Source: Massalongia carnosa (lineage: Eukaryota). From it: a stretch of DNA of 64,000 nt. The stretch spans positions 2,356,001-2,420,000 of the forward strand of contig OZ287074.1 in the NCBI GenBank assembly GCA_965645245.1. Reading direction: 5' to 3'. Below are positions 1 to 11,700 of the stretch, piece by piece. The position numbers and the translations under genes were made by a program. Numbering within the stretch: the first letter of the stretch is position 1; each line of letters begins with the position of its first letter. Under the pieces are notes generated by a model, which did not search any database, was not told where the DNA came from, and saw only the letters and a program-made list of their open reading frames with translations.

Positions 1-2512
1 GCTTTCTTTCTTGCTTCGGCTGGCATGTGCCATGCTATCGAGCCGTGCGACATGGCGGGGCGTATCACTGCTGTGTACACGTGGCGGGCTCGTAGGAGGG
101 TCGCCCCCCAGGTTGAGGCTGCGATTTTGGTCAGTGCCATTGTTTGTCTCGTCATTTTCTTCTGAATTTCCTTGTAATGCGCTGCCCAATCGAGTCTAGT
201 GTCAATGTATACTCCCAGGACTCTTATCGAAGTCTTGGTCTTCAGGATCTTGCCTCTTACCGCGAAGGATGCGTCCAGGTTGAATTTCTTTGGATTCTTT
301 GCCAGGTGTATCAGCTCGTATTTGTGTGGCGCGAATACGGAGCCGTGGCGAGCGGCCCATCGTTCGCAGTCGTTGTGTATTTTTTCCAGCGTTTTGCAAT
401 TCTCTTCGGTGAACTTTCCGTACGCCAGTATATTAACGTCGTCTACGAAACCCATGCCCGCTGCGTTGGTACCTGGTCTATTGCAAATATCGAGTAAGTC
501 TGCATTATAAAAGAGATATAGAATGGGAGACAAAGGAGATCCTTGCGGAATTCCTATATTCAGCTGAATGCGTTGGTTGTTCGTTGATTGATAGTGAGAG
601 TGGTTTCTCTTTCCTTGAGGAAGCTTTCTGTCCATTTCGTGATCCATTCCGGAATTTGTCTCTTTCTCAGATTATGAATGAGCCTACGATGTGAAACCGT
701 ATCGAAGGCGCCTGAGACGTCGATACTAAGAAGCGATGCTACTTTGTCTTTCCCTTGATTCCAGACCGTGTGTACCTGCTCCGTGAGTAGTTCGAGCGCT
801 GTGTCCGTTGCGCGGCCTGGTCTTGCTCCCATTTGCGTGTCTGGAATTAATCTGAGTTTTTCCGTTAAATAGCTTATTTTCCTTGCTATAATGGATTCTA
901 GCATTTTTCCAAGCGTGTTTAGGAGCGCAATGGGTCTCCACGCCTTAGGATCCGCGTAATTACTCTTTCCTGGTTTCTTCAGCGTGATGGTGTTGGCGGT
1001 TTTGAACGCTCGAGGATGATAACCCTGCTCTGCGCAGGCCTGGAACAGTGGTGTCAGCAACTTGATCAGATTTTCCGAGCATGCCTTGAGAATTCTATTT
1101 GTGATCCCGTCCGGACCGGGTGCCTTGTCTGGTTTCGACCTACGAAGCGCTGCCGCCACTTCTTCTTTCGTGATCAGGATGGGGCAGTCTGGGGTTTGCG
1201 GGTACGTGTATCCTACGATGTCGCTGAGATCTGCGTCCGGGGGTTAGGGGAAGAAAGATTTCTTTAGCATTTTCGCTTTCTCTTCGAAGGTATTGGCTAT
1301 CGTATCAGGGTCCTGGGTTGTGGCCAGGGGGGGCATTTTTGGGATTTCTCTGGGGGCGTCACTTTTGTTTTTACCCCACTTTGCTAGACGGAAGAGTCCG
1401 GATTGGGAAGTTGTGATTGTGGCTATTTGCTGTTTGAAGCAGAGATTTTTTGCTTTACCGATAATTTTTTGTTTCTTATCGTTTGCTTTAACGTAGTTTT
1501 TCCAATCCGCTAGGTTTCTTTCCGCGGTCCAGATTCTTCGTAGCCTACGAGTCTCTCTTGTTGCGTCGTCGCATTCCTTATTCCAAAAGGGTTTCGCCTC
1601 CGGGCTTGGTCTGGCCCATGGTACTGCTTTATCTACGATTTCCTTGAGGTAATCCTGGATTTCCTTGGTATATTGATCGATTTCCTCGATGCTGTGCGGC
1701 ATGCGTGGTGCGGGGGTTCTTTTCTCGATTTCTTTTACCTTGTCCATGTTTAGAAGTTTCCAGGCCCTTCGTGGGAGCTTTGTCAGGGGTTCGCAGGAGA
1801 GCCGCAGTCTCGTTGAAATCGGTATGTGATCGGAATCTTGATTCATCTCCGGGACCGTGGTGCAGTGTTCCAATCTCTCCGTTAAATCTTCTGTCATGAA
1901 CACCAGATCAATGGTGCTGGTCGAGTTTCTTGCTTCCCATGTAATTGTTCCTCTTGGAAGTGTGAGAGAGAGATTTTTGTTTTCTATAATGTCCAGCAGT
2001 TGTTCGGACGCCTCGTGCTGTCCTCGTACCCCTGCTCCACCCCAGTATGGGTGATGGAGATTGAAGTCTCCTAGAAGAATATGCTCTCCGGGGTCTTGTA
2101 ATTGGTGTAATACGGTCGATAGGGTGGACGGGCTAGTTATCGAGGAAGTGGATAAGGGCGATGGATTGTATACGTTGTGTATGTGAATCATTTTTGTTCC
2201 GTTTCCGATTTTTACTTTTATTTTCAATGTGCTCATATCCTTTGACGGGTATTCCACTTCCCAGCTTTCTGGGTCTATTTTGTTATTGATATAAAAGCAA
2301 ACTCGCGTGTCGCCCCCTGGTTTATAAAGAAGATGGAACCCACTTTGATAGGGGTTAAGAAGTAGGGACGTCGTAGGGGTTTTCCACGGTTCTTGAATAG
2401 CTATGATGTCGAAATCCTGTGTTCTTTTATCTGACAGCAAGGGTATCAGTGTGCCTTTTGCACTTTTCCTGACATTGTACTGCAGTATCGTAAGGGTTTC
2501 TGTGTTCTTCAT
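1..2512 (-). pseudogene. LINE ORF2 (AP endonuclease-reverse transcriptase), disrupted
   Basis: LQYNV, IAIQEP, GDFNLHH and SDH (APE); KAPGPDGI, WRPIALLNTLGK, GIPQGSPLSPILY and GFVDD (RT). Premature stop at 1244 and a frameshift near 560. Confidence 0.92.
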
Positions 2513-2558
2513 AGCATTCTTTCGTTGAGTTGTATCTCGTTGGTGTTTCTTGCTCTAG

Positions 2559-4139
2559 TCATCGGACGTCCTCTTTTCGGTTTGGCGAAGACCGACTCTC
2601 TGTTTCTGGGTTCATTATTTTTGCCCTCGTCGACCCCCATTCTTCCCTCCCTCGTAGAATCCTCCGTTCTTGTGCTTCTTGTGGTGATAACGAGCGCGAC
2701 CGAGTGACTCTCAGTTCTCTAATTGATCTCGCACTTTCTTTTCTCTTACTTATCGTCTTCGTAGTTTCTGTCATTTCCACTTCGTTTTCCGCCTCTTCTC
2801 CTTCCTGCGGCTCTGCCTCGTTGGTGATGTGTGTCGATGGGAACTCGTTTTGTGAGGCGTCGGTGGGTTTGTTTGATTGGTGTTGTTGATTCCCATGACC
2901 TGCTTCGGTTTCGTCCTCGACTACGACTTCCATACGCCCCCCCTGCGCTTGGCTGAGGATTGCTTTATTTCCTTTGGGTGGGGGCGGCACTGCGTACAAG
3001 CGCCGGCGTGATTCTCTTGTGATTTCCGTGCGGTGTTTTTTCTCTTTCCTGACTTGGCATTCCGCTGTCCACGCTGGGTGTCCCTTGTCCCCGCACACTG
3101 CGCATCGTAGGGACCTTCCGGTTCTGCTGCATGGGCAGTTTCTGCTGTCGTGCCTTCCGACGCAGTACCCGCAGACGGTGGGATTTTTGCAAAACTTCGC
3201 GATGTGTCCGTATTGCTGACAATTGAAGCATTGCGTGAGCTTGCAGCCGGCTTCGAAGAGCTCGCATGTTTTTATTTCCCCTTCGTCCGCCAGTCCTACG
3301 AGGATCAAACGATTGGCCATTTCTGCAGTTTCTACCTCGATGTGTAACGAGGCGTAGCGCTTGTTTTGTTTGTGGGCTCTGGCGCTCCAGGCTACTCGAT
3401 TGATTTTCAGTCCTTCATGCAATCCTGCGTTTTCCTTTGTCAAGTATTCCAATGCTTTCGCTTGCTTTGACCCTCTGACTTCGTTCATTTTTACTCCGTG
3501 AGCTAGAATTGCATAGCCTTCTTTGCGTATCGTCGCTGATGCAGCAACTCTCTTTATCCATTCCGAGTGTGCTTGCAAGGTTTCCTTGACTTCCTGTGTT
3601 TTTACGTGAATTTTTAGATCTCCACTTGGTAGTCGTCGGATGCCCGTCACCTCTTCGTTAGAGACTCGTAGGGCGTCTACTATTTCCTTTGTGGTCTTTT
3701 TACCTAGGGCTTCCTGCTCCTTGGGGTCTTCTATTCTCACTATGATTTCCTTCATTTTTCTCTTCTCTCTGAGGGTGTTTTCCTCGTTGAGGCCTTGATT
3801 CTTCACTTCGGTTTCCTGTCCGCTTTTACGCTTTCCTGCTGCGACCGCCGCGTAGCTGAGAGCCTTGCCGTTATTCTCGCCCTGTTTTTCTATCTTCTTC
3901 AATCTTTGCTGAATATCCTGCAATGTATCTTGAAAATTTTCCTGCGTCGACGCGTCGAGCGCGTCGCGTTCTGATGAAGTTTTTTCTATGAACTCAACAA
4001 GATCGAGTATCCAACGCCTCGCCTCCGCGCCGGCTACAATCACATCTGCTCTTTCCAGAAATTCTCTTGCTTTGCTTGTTAGCTCGTGAGTTTCACTTAT
4101 CTCTTGCCCTTGGGCTTCGACACTCGTTGTCGTATTCAT
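2559..4139 (-). CDS. LINE ORF1 (gag-like, zinc knuckles)
   Basis: 526-aa ORF with CFNCQQYGHIAKFC, CGYCVGRHDSRNC and CAVCGDKGHPAWTAEC, directly upstream of ORF2. Confidence 0.88.
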   Translation of the reverse strand: MNTTTSVEAQGQEISETHELTSKAREFLERADVIVAGAEARRWILDLVEFIEKTSSERDALDASTQENFQDTLQDIQQRLKKIEKQGENNGKALSYAAVAAGKRKSGQETEVKNQGLNEENTLREKRKMKEIIVRIEDPKEQEALGKKTTKEIVDALRVSNEEVTGIRRLPSGDLKIHVKTQEVKETLQAHSEWIKRVAASATIRKEGYAILAHGVKMNEVRGSKQAKALEYLTKENAGLHEGLKINRVAWSARAHKQNKRYASLHIEVETAEMANRLILVGLADEGEIKTCELFEAGCKLTQCFNCQQYGHIAKFCKNPTVCGYCVGRHDSRNCPCSRTGRSLRCAVCGDKGHPAWTAECQVRKEKKHRTEITRESRRRLYAVPPPPKGNKAILSQAQGGRMEVVVEDETEAGHGNQQHQSNKPTDASQNEFPSTHITNEAEPQEGEEAENEVEMTETTKTISKRKESARSIRELRVTRSRSLSPQEAQERRILRGREEWGSTRAKIMNPETESRSSPNRKEDVR

Positions 4140-4884
4140 TTTCCGTTAACTGTTCACCTGATTAGCATTTATTAATACGGTATTTATTTTTTTAAATTCG
4201 TGCGGATCAGTCTGCCGGTTCCAACTGTTCCCCTGCTTTCAATTATTAGCCATGAATTAAACATATGGTGAGTACGTGCCTGGTTAGCATAAAGTATTCG
4301 TTTTTTGCGAGCTTCTTCTTCGGCCGCCTCTGGAAAGCGACGTTTGTAATTTCTATGTTGCTGTAGTGTTCCAGCAAACGTCTGATTCATATCAAACCTT
4401 TGAAATTGTTGTAACTGTGCCTCGTCCATATCTAGCCATCCAATAGTCCAACGAGCATAGTTTTTCTGCTCTTCCTTAGTCTCTTCTGATGAGTCTGTTA
4501 CAATTGATGACGATTGAGATCGAGATGAGGAATCCATCTCACTCTCGAGTGTAATACTTTTGTCGCGATGAGATGTAAAACTCTTGTCACTCTCGGTCGC
4601 AATATCTTCATCGTTTTGAGCCGAGAATCTGCGAGACTTAAAAACAAAAGAACGATTACTGAATCCATCCCAGTCACTTATGTCAGTATGAACGCTCATA
4701 TTGTCGCTCTTGCTGTCATGATTGTTGTCGCTATTATTGTCTTTGCTGTCATGATTGTTGTCGCTATTATTGTCATTAGAGTCATTATCATTCTCTTTAT
4801 CAACTTCATCTTCGTTGTGACCAAATTGAGGGAGTCCAACCCGACCCGAAAACCGACCCAAACCCAACCCGTTGCGCGGCGTAC

Positions 4885-6279
4885 CCACTCGATGCTGGGC
4901 ACCGCTCCTAATTGGGGGACAAACAATAAATTCTCCATCATCATGCGTCGACTTTCGGTGACCAGTCCATGAATCATGCTGCGGAATTGCCGCATGCTGA
5001 ATTGAATAATTTTGTACACGATCTGATCCCCTATCCAATCAATATAACCTGCACTGGTGGTGTTGTAATGAATTTTTAACCCGTACGTGCGTAAATCCAA
5101 CATCCATTGCATGGGACTGTGATTGCCCCGAATCATAAATCGATTCATCATGTCTTGAACTCGTCCCAAATATCCCTTGTCTTCGGTCGTGAACCCCTCG
5201 TGTTCCGACTCGTCATCCTCCTCGTCACTGTCAGTGTTTTCGCTTAACCACTCCCTCATCTGTGACGCTGATCCCGGCATTTCTGCTCGTTCGTCCTCGT
5301 CGCTGTTCTCCCATACATGCTGGATTACCATCATGTGTGCCAACTTGATTATCCGTGACAATATGGGTGGGTATCGATTGGGTCCTAACAATCCATTTTC
5401 GCCCACTCCTAACACCGCCAACGCGTTCACCAATGGGCTATCGTATTCGGTGCGTATGATGCGTTGATCCAACAACGCAACGTAAAAACCCAAACACAAT
5501 TCATCAACCCGACTCAATCCGGCCTTTTCATGTATGGGGCGATCTTTCTCTTCAACATCTGGGATTTCTACCGCTGACGACGTTGATTCGACTTCCTCAT
5601 TATCTTCCTCGGCCCTTTCAATGGCGGTGCAAAACCCTCTCCATGCTCGTTTCTGGTCTGTGGTGAATCGATATGGCGAGCTACTCTCGCTGCCATGGGG
5701 CCGCGCACGGGTAAAAAACATCAACACCTGTTTCCATGGTCGACTGTAATCTTGGATGGATTAGTTGTCCATGTATGGTTGCAACGGCCTATATTCCTGA
5801 CTGCTGTGGTCTTTGCGCACTGCTTCCATGCGTACAAAAAGCCCCGCCCGGGAAATGATTGTTTGCTGACAATGTCGGGTCATGCTATCAAATGACGTCT
5901 ACATTTCACTGATGCTCGATTCCTCTGCTGAGTCGGGTGGAGCCACTAATCTTATCAACGCCGTTCTTTCGAATCCTGCCAAATACTTCAACCACCCAGT
6001 TCTCTCCAACCATGGGTTCGCCTCCGTCTGCTCTCCATCCTGGATCATCCTTCGTTCTTTTTCTTTGACTGCCATCATGGCCTGACTCATCGTCTGTCGC
6101 GCTTGACTCTGCACGCTTATTCCAACTCTCGTATTCGTTCTGGACGCCGATCCTGCATTAACTATCTCTATAAAATTTGATCCGTAACCATGAACGAAAA
6201 ACCACTGACAATTGACGATTCGCCATGGCCTGGGAGTCGCGTTTAATGTGAAAATCTTATTGGGTCTTCCCTTACCCAA
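4885..6279 (-). pseudogene. Fragment of a DUF3505/telomere-linked RecQ helicase-like protein (N-terminal part; helicase domain absent)
   Basis: PWRIVNCQWFF, EANPWLERTGW, SPMQWMLDLRTYGLKIHYNTT and QFRSMIHGLV, motifs I recall from fungal TLH-like proteins. In-frame stops; truncated at about 4885. Confidence 0.62.
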
Positions 6280-7946
6280 GATGCTTCATTCATGGGCTTC
6301 GCGGGTTCCGTCAAGAATCGTCGACTCTAGCTCGGAATGGCATCAGTCTCGTGCGGAGTGACACTGGCCGCGTACGCGCAGGTGAGACGAGGCGCCCAGG
6401 GCTTGATTTCGCGGAAGACGGCGATCAACTGAATCCACTATGCGTTGAACTGATATTTCATGACCTAGTCAAGAATGTTCGGATCGAAGAGGTGCAGGCC
6501 CTGATCTTCGTTCAGCACATGGCCGAGCTCATTCCATCGACTACTGACCCGAGTTTTGAACTGATTGTGACATAGACGTTTGATTCGAATCTTTTTGACC
6601 AGATCGATCGAGATCAGGACCTGAGAGGAGATGAGTTCGGAAGAATACACTCGATCGATCATTCGATCATTCATCGCTTCGTCGATCTTGATTCATCAAG
6701 GCATCGCTCTCTCGTTTCATAGAATCTCTCCCCGATCTTCGACCCTGACGATGTTCCAGTGCCGACTGAGGAAGATTAGAGCCCCTCGCCGTCGAGCCGC
6801 TGTGACGGACGAGTGCAGCTCGTACTTTGCAATGTCGTCCAGCTTCTTCTGGATGACGTCCATGAATTTGACTAGTCGATCAAGTCCCGTCAGCGGAGGC
6901 GGAGGTGATGAGTGGGCGACTCGCATCAATGCCTGTTCCGCGTTGGGATCGAAAGTCAACGATAGATTCAACATGTTTTGGGAGGAGCTGGGAGCATCTT
7001 CGCCGACGGGCTCGGGGGGATTGGAGCGATTCAAGACGTTGCACAGGCAGTGCTGAAGCGATAGAATAACGCGAGTGGTGGCGAAGCTGGCGAGGACCTG
7101 AAAAAGTAGATGAGCGGCCTTGAACGAAAGATAGGATTCGGTCGAGGAGAAAGAAGCTTAAACACATTCTGATGAACTCGTCGCGCTACGAGGTGGTACA
7201 AATTTCTAAAGGATAGTCGCGGTCGAACTGGGTCTAGTGCTGCATCTGGGAGGGTTTGCAAAGAGCATGAGACTTCTGGAGTAAAAGCGCCTCGTGGTCG
7301 TCGTCGGTCGAGTTGTTGGAGGGAGAGTGAACAAAGCGACGAGATAAGAAGCGGCGGCGCTTGCGTGACGGGCCGACGGCAGGTTGCTTCGCGGAAGGAG
7401 CGGCGCGTTGGCGGGCACTGCGGCGACACGAAGGAGGTGAAGGCGGACGCGGAGGGGTAGAGGTGTGCGATCTGGCGAGGCTAGGAGAAGGCGCGGGGGC
7501 GGCGCGGGGGGAACACCGTCGCGGCTGGATGCGAAGGAGGGACGACTGCCGTTGAAGAAGTCGTCGTGAATAGTTTCCGCTATCATGTCATTGGATCGGG
7601 GAGAGATTCGAATTTGAATGATTGAAGTGAGGCTGCGAAACCAGTCGAAAATGAGGACAAAACCGGAGGTATGAGTGACACGGCGTTCGTGCAATTCTTC
7701 CAATGCGAGCAGCCCATGTGCCGGCGTGAGACGAAGCTTTTTCAAGAACAAGAAAACGATTATTTGTACCGTCTACATCCAATGATGAAATCGATCGTGT
7801 TCCGTCAAGTCGGCGCCGCATAGAGTTTCTTTGATCGCATCGCGCAGCTGGCTCAGCTTCACTTTCACGAAGAAGCAGGAAGATAGAAGAGGTCGGAACG
7901 AAGTGTCCCGAGGGAAGCCTTAACATTTGAAGTTGAAAATTTAAAG

Positions 7947-8350
7947 GTAATTCGCGGGCTCCGTCGTGTCAGCTGAACATATATATAATTTCTATCTATG
8001 TTTGGGCAACTCTCCCCTCGCTGCTACCCTGCTGGCGCTCAGTTTTGCTGAGGGCCCCTCCTATAATGGCTTTGTTTTGGCAGCAGTGAGGGAAAAACTC
8101 CATCTACCTATGCGGCTGACTCAGGGAGTGGGTGGGTGGGCAAAAGACCTTTTGGTGCTGAACTCCGAATCAATGGTGATGATGAGGAGAAGAGTGCCAA
8201 AAGGCTACCTATTTATGCCCTTTCTCTCCCCTCCTTGTCCAACTATTTGGACATCATCTTCCATCGGCCTTCGGCCTTCGGCCTTCGTTGGCTATCCACG
8301 ACCTGCCTCCACTCGGTCCCGGCATTACCTTTCGCCCTAGCAGAATTACT
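7947..8350 (-). mobile_element. Solo A-linker-B remnant of the Ngaro family at 26469-30714
   Basis: 8141-8350 matches repeat A (26469-26670) and 7947-8100 matches repeat B (30560-30714). Removing it restores the family A sequence AAAG|GTAAAC. Confidence 0.88.
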
Positions 8351-8748
8351 GTAAACTTTATACAAATCGACAATTACTTGGTCGTTTCTTTTTCGATTAT
8401 TAAAATTCTTTCAGATTTGGCTTCAGCGTAAACTTCTGCATATCATGAACATTGTTTGATTGATTGATTGATTCATACACCGATCCAAGGGCCGAAGGCC
8501 CTTATGCTGGAGGACAAACCGCTTGAGACAAATCGATAAATAGAACTCCAACACCACCCTCCTAGGCCCCTATGCTTGGTGTTGATACATGCAAGCCCTA
8601 CCATGGTAGAGACTATTCTGTGAGCGGGATAAAACAAGAGCCGGCCTGCCGTTAACTCGTGGATTGTTCAGTTGCTATACTCACGTCTCCAAATTGGCCG
8701 AGGAGACGTGAGGATAGCATGAAATTGGATGCTGCCTTGGCCAGTCTG

Positions 8749-11700
8749 CTTTGGATTGACAATAGCGACGGTCCACCTAGCCTTATCGGAGGCCGGCCTT
8801 ACAATAGGCCGGCCCCCTGAATCCTAATGCGGTAAGGTGGTTAAGGAGGTGTTTGCTATAGCAAACAATCTGGTCATAAGGTCCTCGGGAGGACCCCCTC
8901 GAACTTCCTTCCTTCTAGATAGCATTAATATAATCACCTTTCAAAGCCTTCAGTCTGCCACTAAGCCTCCTGTAATCAAAGGGTTATGAGCCCGGCTAGA
9001 CGCTAGGGAAGTGCTATATAATCTCTTCTCTTCCTACATATCTAGTCCTCGTCCTTGTAGGCCAATTATCAAGCCTCAAAGAACCTCCTCAGCTGTCGGT
9101 GCTTAGTCTTCAACAATGGGACTAGAAACTTATCAGATAAAGCCGTTGGTAGGTGAAAAGAACTACAATGTATGAAAGGAGGAGGTGAAAGGCCTCCTCA
9201 GTTTAGACGAACTGTGGGATATAGTTAAAGGGGAAGAACTCCGACCCCTTAATGCTCCGCCTCGACCAGTGGACTCCCCTTCTAAGATAGAGGATGGAGT
9301 CACTACCTCGGCCATAGTAGTGACACAAAGCACTATTGAGCGGTGGGAGGACAAACTGGAGGCCTTCGAGGACAAACAGAAGAAATGGGACAAGCGAAGG
9401 GTAAAAGCAGCTACCAAGATATACTTGAACTGTGGAACAGGCCCTCGAGTCCATATAGAGGGCCTGGAAGACCCAAAAGAGATGTGGGATGTACTGGAAA
9501 AGCATTACAAAGCAACAAGTCTGGCCACTAGAGACCTGGCCTTCCTTCAACTTCGTGCTAGCCAATCAGATTACAAATCCATTCAATAGTACGCCGCACA
9601 CCTAAAGAAGGCCCACTCCCAGTTGATACAACTCGGTCACAAGTTACCAGACTGGGTTCTCTCTACCTCGTTCCGACTTGGTCTTAAACCGGACCTGGAA
9701 CCTTATATCTTCAGTCTCGTAGAGGATGCAAGAGCAAACATGAGGGAGTTAGACGTTGACAAGATGATGATGGCCTTAATAGATCATGATAACCGTCAAC
9801 ATAACTTAGAGGAATCCAACAAGGCACTGACGGCTAAGTTCAACAGGAGGGAAGAAAAAGAAAGAAGAAGATAAGAAGAGCAAAAAGGGGAAAAAGGAGA
9901 AAAATACCAATTCGTCAAAATGTGAATACTGTGACGGTCCTGGCCACAACAAGACCAATTGCTATTATCTGAATGTAACCAGCCGGCCCGATAACTGGAA
10001 ACCGGCCCCATCTAAGGAAAACTTGGTGAAGAATAAGAAGGAGGATAGGAAGGAGGATAAGGACAAGAAGGAATCGAATCCCTCGTCCAAATCAGCCTTC
10101 GTTCCAAGATCAATGATAACCAAGAGCCTCTTTACTAACGTCCATAAGTCTCAAAATAAGGATCGTATCTGGTGGATAGACTCGGCTTCCGATGTCCATA
10201 TTTGCTATGACAAAGACCTATTTGATGACTATCAATCAATTAGAGGGAAGGTCATAAAAACGGCCAACTCCACTAATATGATTATTAAAGGAAAAGGATC
10301 TGTTACCCTGTATCTAGACGTGGATGGTGAATCAAAGGCTGTATGCATAAAGGATGTCCATCACGTACCCGAGTCAGCATACAATCTGTTTTCTGTAGGT
10401 GTTATTGAGTCGAAAGGATTCGAATTTCGAGTAGGAAAAGGAAGAACTGAATGTTTTGCCCCTGACGGAGAACTCTGTCTCACTTGTACTCGTCAGTCTT
10501 CTGGATCCACACACTCGATCGACCTGGACCAATCAAAGACCTTACATACCTCTTACAAATCCTCCGACAATGCCTCGTGGACGGTGTGGCACCGACGATT
10601 AGCCCATCTCAACATGAAGGACGTCAAGATTTTAGCTAAACTCTCCACTGGCATTGATGCAATTAAGGCTGATAAATGTGAATCAGCAGAACCTAAAATC
10701 AACGTGTGTCCATCATGTGCAATAGGAAAACAACATCGAAATCCAGTTAGAATTCAACGACTAAAGGCCACCAACATCGGTGAAATTGTACATACCGACA
10801 TTGCTGGCGGGGGGGACATACCTCAGACAATTGGGGGAGCCAAGTATGCTGCCTCCTTCGTTGACGATTTTACTGACTGGACGGTGATTTACCTTCTGAA
10901 GAAAAAATCCGAATTAAAGGAGGTCCTAAAGGACAATTTAGCATGGATGAAGACACAAGGACATCCGGTCAAACTTATGCGCAGTGACAACAGAGGGGAG
11001 TATGCTGGCCATCAGACCTTACAAATTTCGAAGGACAATGGCATCGAGTAGGATGCGACAGCACCACACAATCCGAATCAGAATGGGGTAGCCGAGAGGT
11101 GCTTTCGCACCCTCTTCGAGCGAACCCGTGCGATCCTTAGTGACAGTGGAATGCCTTCTAATCAATGGGGGGAGGCTATTTCCTACGTTACTTACCTGAA
11201 AAACAGGAGTCCAAGGCATGGTGATAAAACACCCTTCGAACTGATGTATGGCAGACAGCCAGACTTGTCGGGTGCTCGTATCTTCGGGTGCGTAGCATAC
11301 TCTTACAATGTTGACCCTCAGAAGAAGAAGCTGGACGACAGAAGCATCAAATGCAGATTTCTTGGCCTTCAAGGCAACAACAAGTATCGCCTTTGGGACC
11401 TCACCTCCAAGAAACTCATCATTTCGGCACACGTGCTATGGGACGAGACCGCATCCCTTTCGGTTGAAGAATCGGGGGATGGTGGCGACGACGACGACTA
11501 TGGCTTCTTACAATTCTTCTACCTTAATGGTGACGACGAGGTGGACACACCAGGAGTGATAATTTATGCCAATGAAGAGGAGGAACTCGTTAATGAGGAA
11601 CCCCCTAAACGGCCTTTAGAACCGGAATTTGCAGATGAAGGAACCGGGAAAGAGGACGATGATAAATCAGAAAGTTCAGAAAATTCCGAGGACTCACAAG

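Larger units (their letters stand above)
1..4180 (-). mobile_element. Tad1-clade LINE (non-LTR retrotransposon) copy 1; 3' end runs off the window start
   Basis: ORF1 with three CCHC knuckles followed by ORF2 with AP endonuclease and RT domains in LINE order. The 5' boundary is approximate. Confidence 0.93.
4885..8452 (-). mobile_element. Unclassified repeat 'family A' copy I, joined to a DUF3505/TLH-like gene fragment
   Basis: 6275-8452 aligns by eye with 48430-50400 (inverted); 4885-6270 aligns with 52210-53410 plus 60740-60912. Same order in both copies. Confidence 0.7.

Noticed and set aside
4845..4880. AACCCGACCCG..ACCCAACCCG cluster, resembling hAT subterminal or telomere-like repeats
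   Set aside because: No partner TIR, TSD or transposase is visible, and it is not a TTAGGG array.
4184..5038. 284-aa ORF with N/D/S-rich repeats
   Set aside because: It spans the junction between the TLH-like fragment and unrelated DNA and has no recognisable domain. The low complexity comes partly from a roughly 33-bp tandem duplication.
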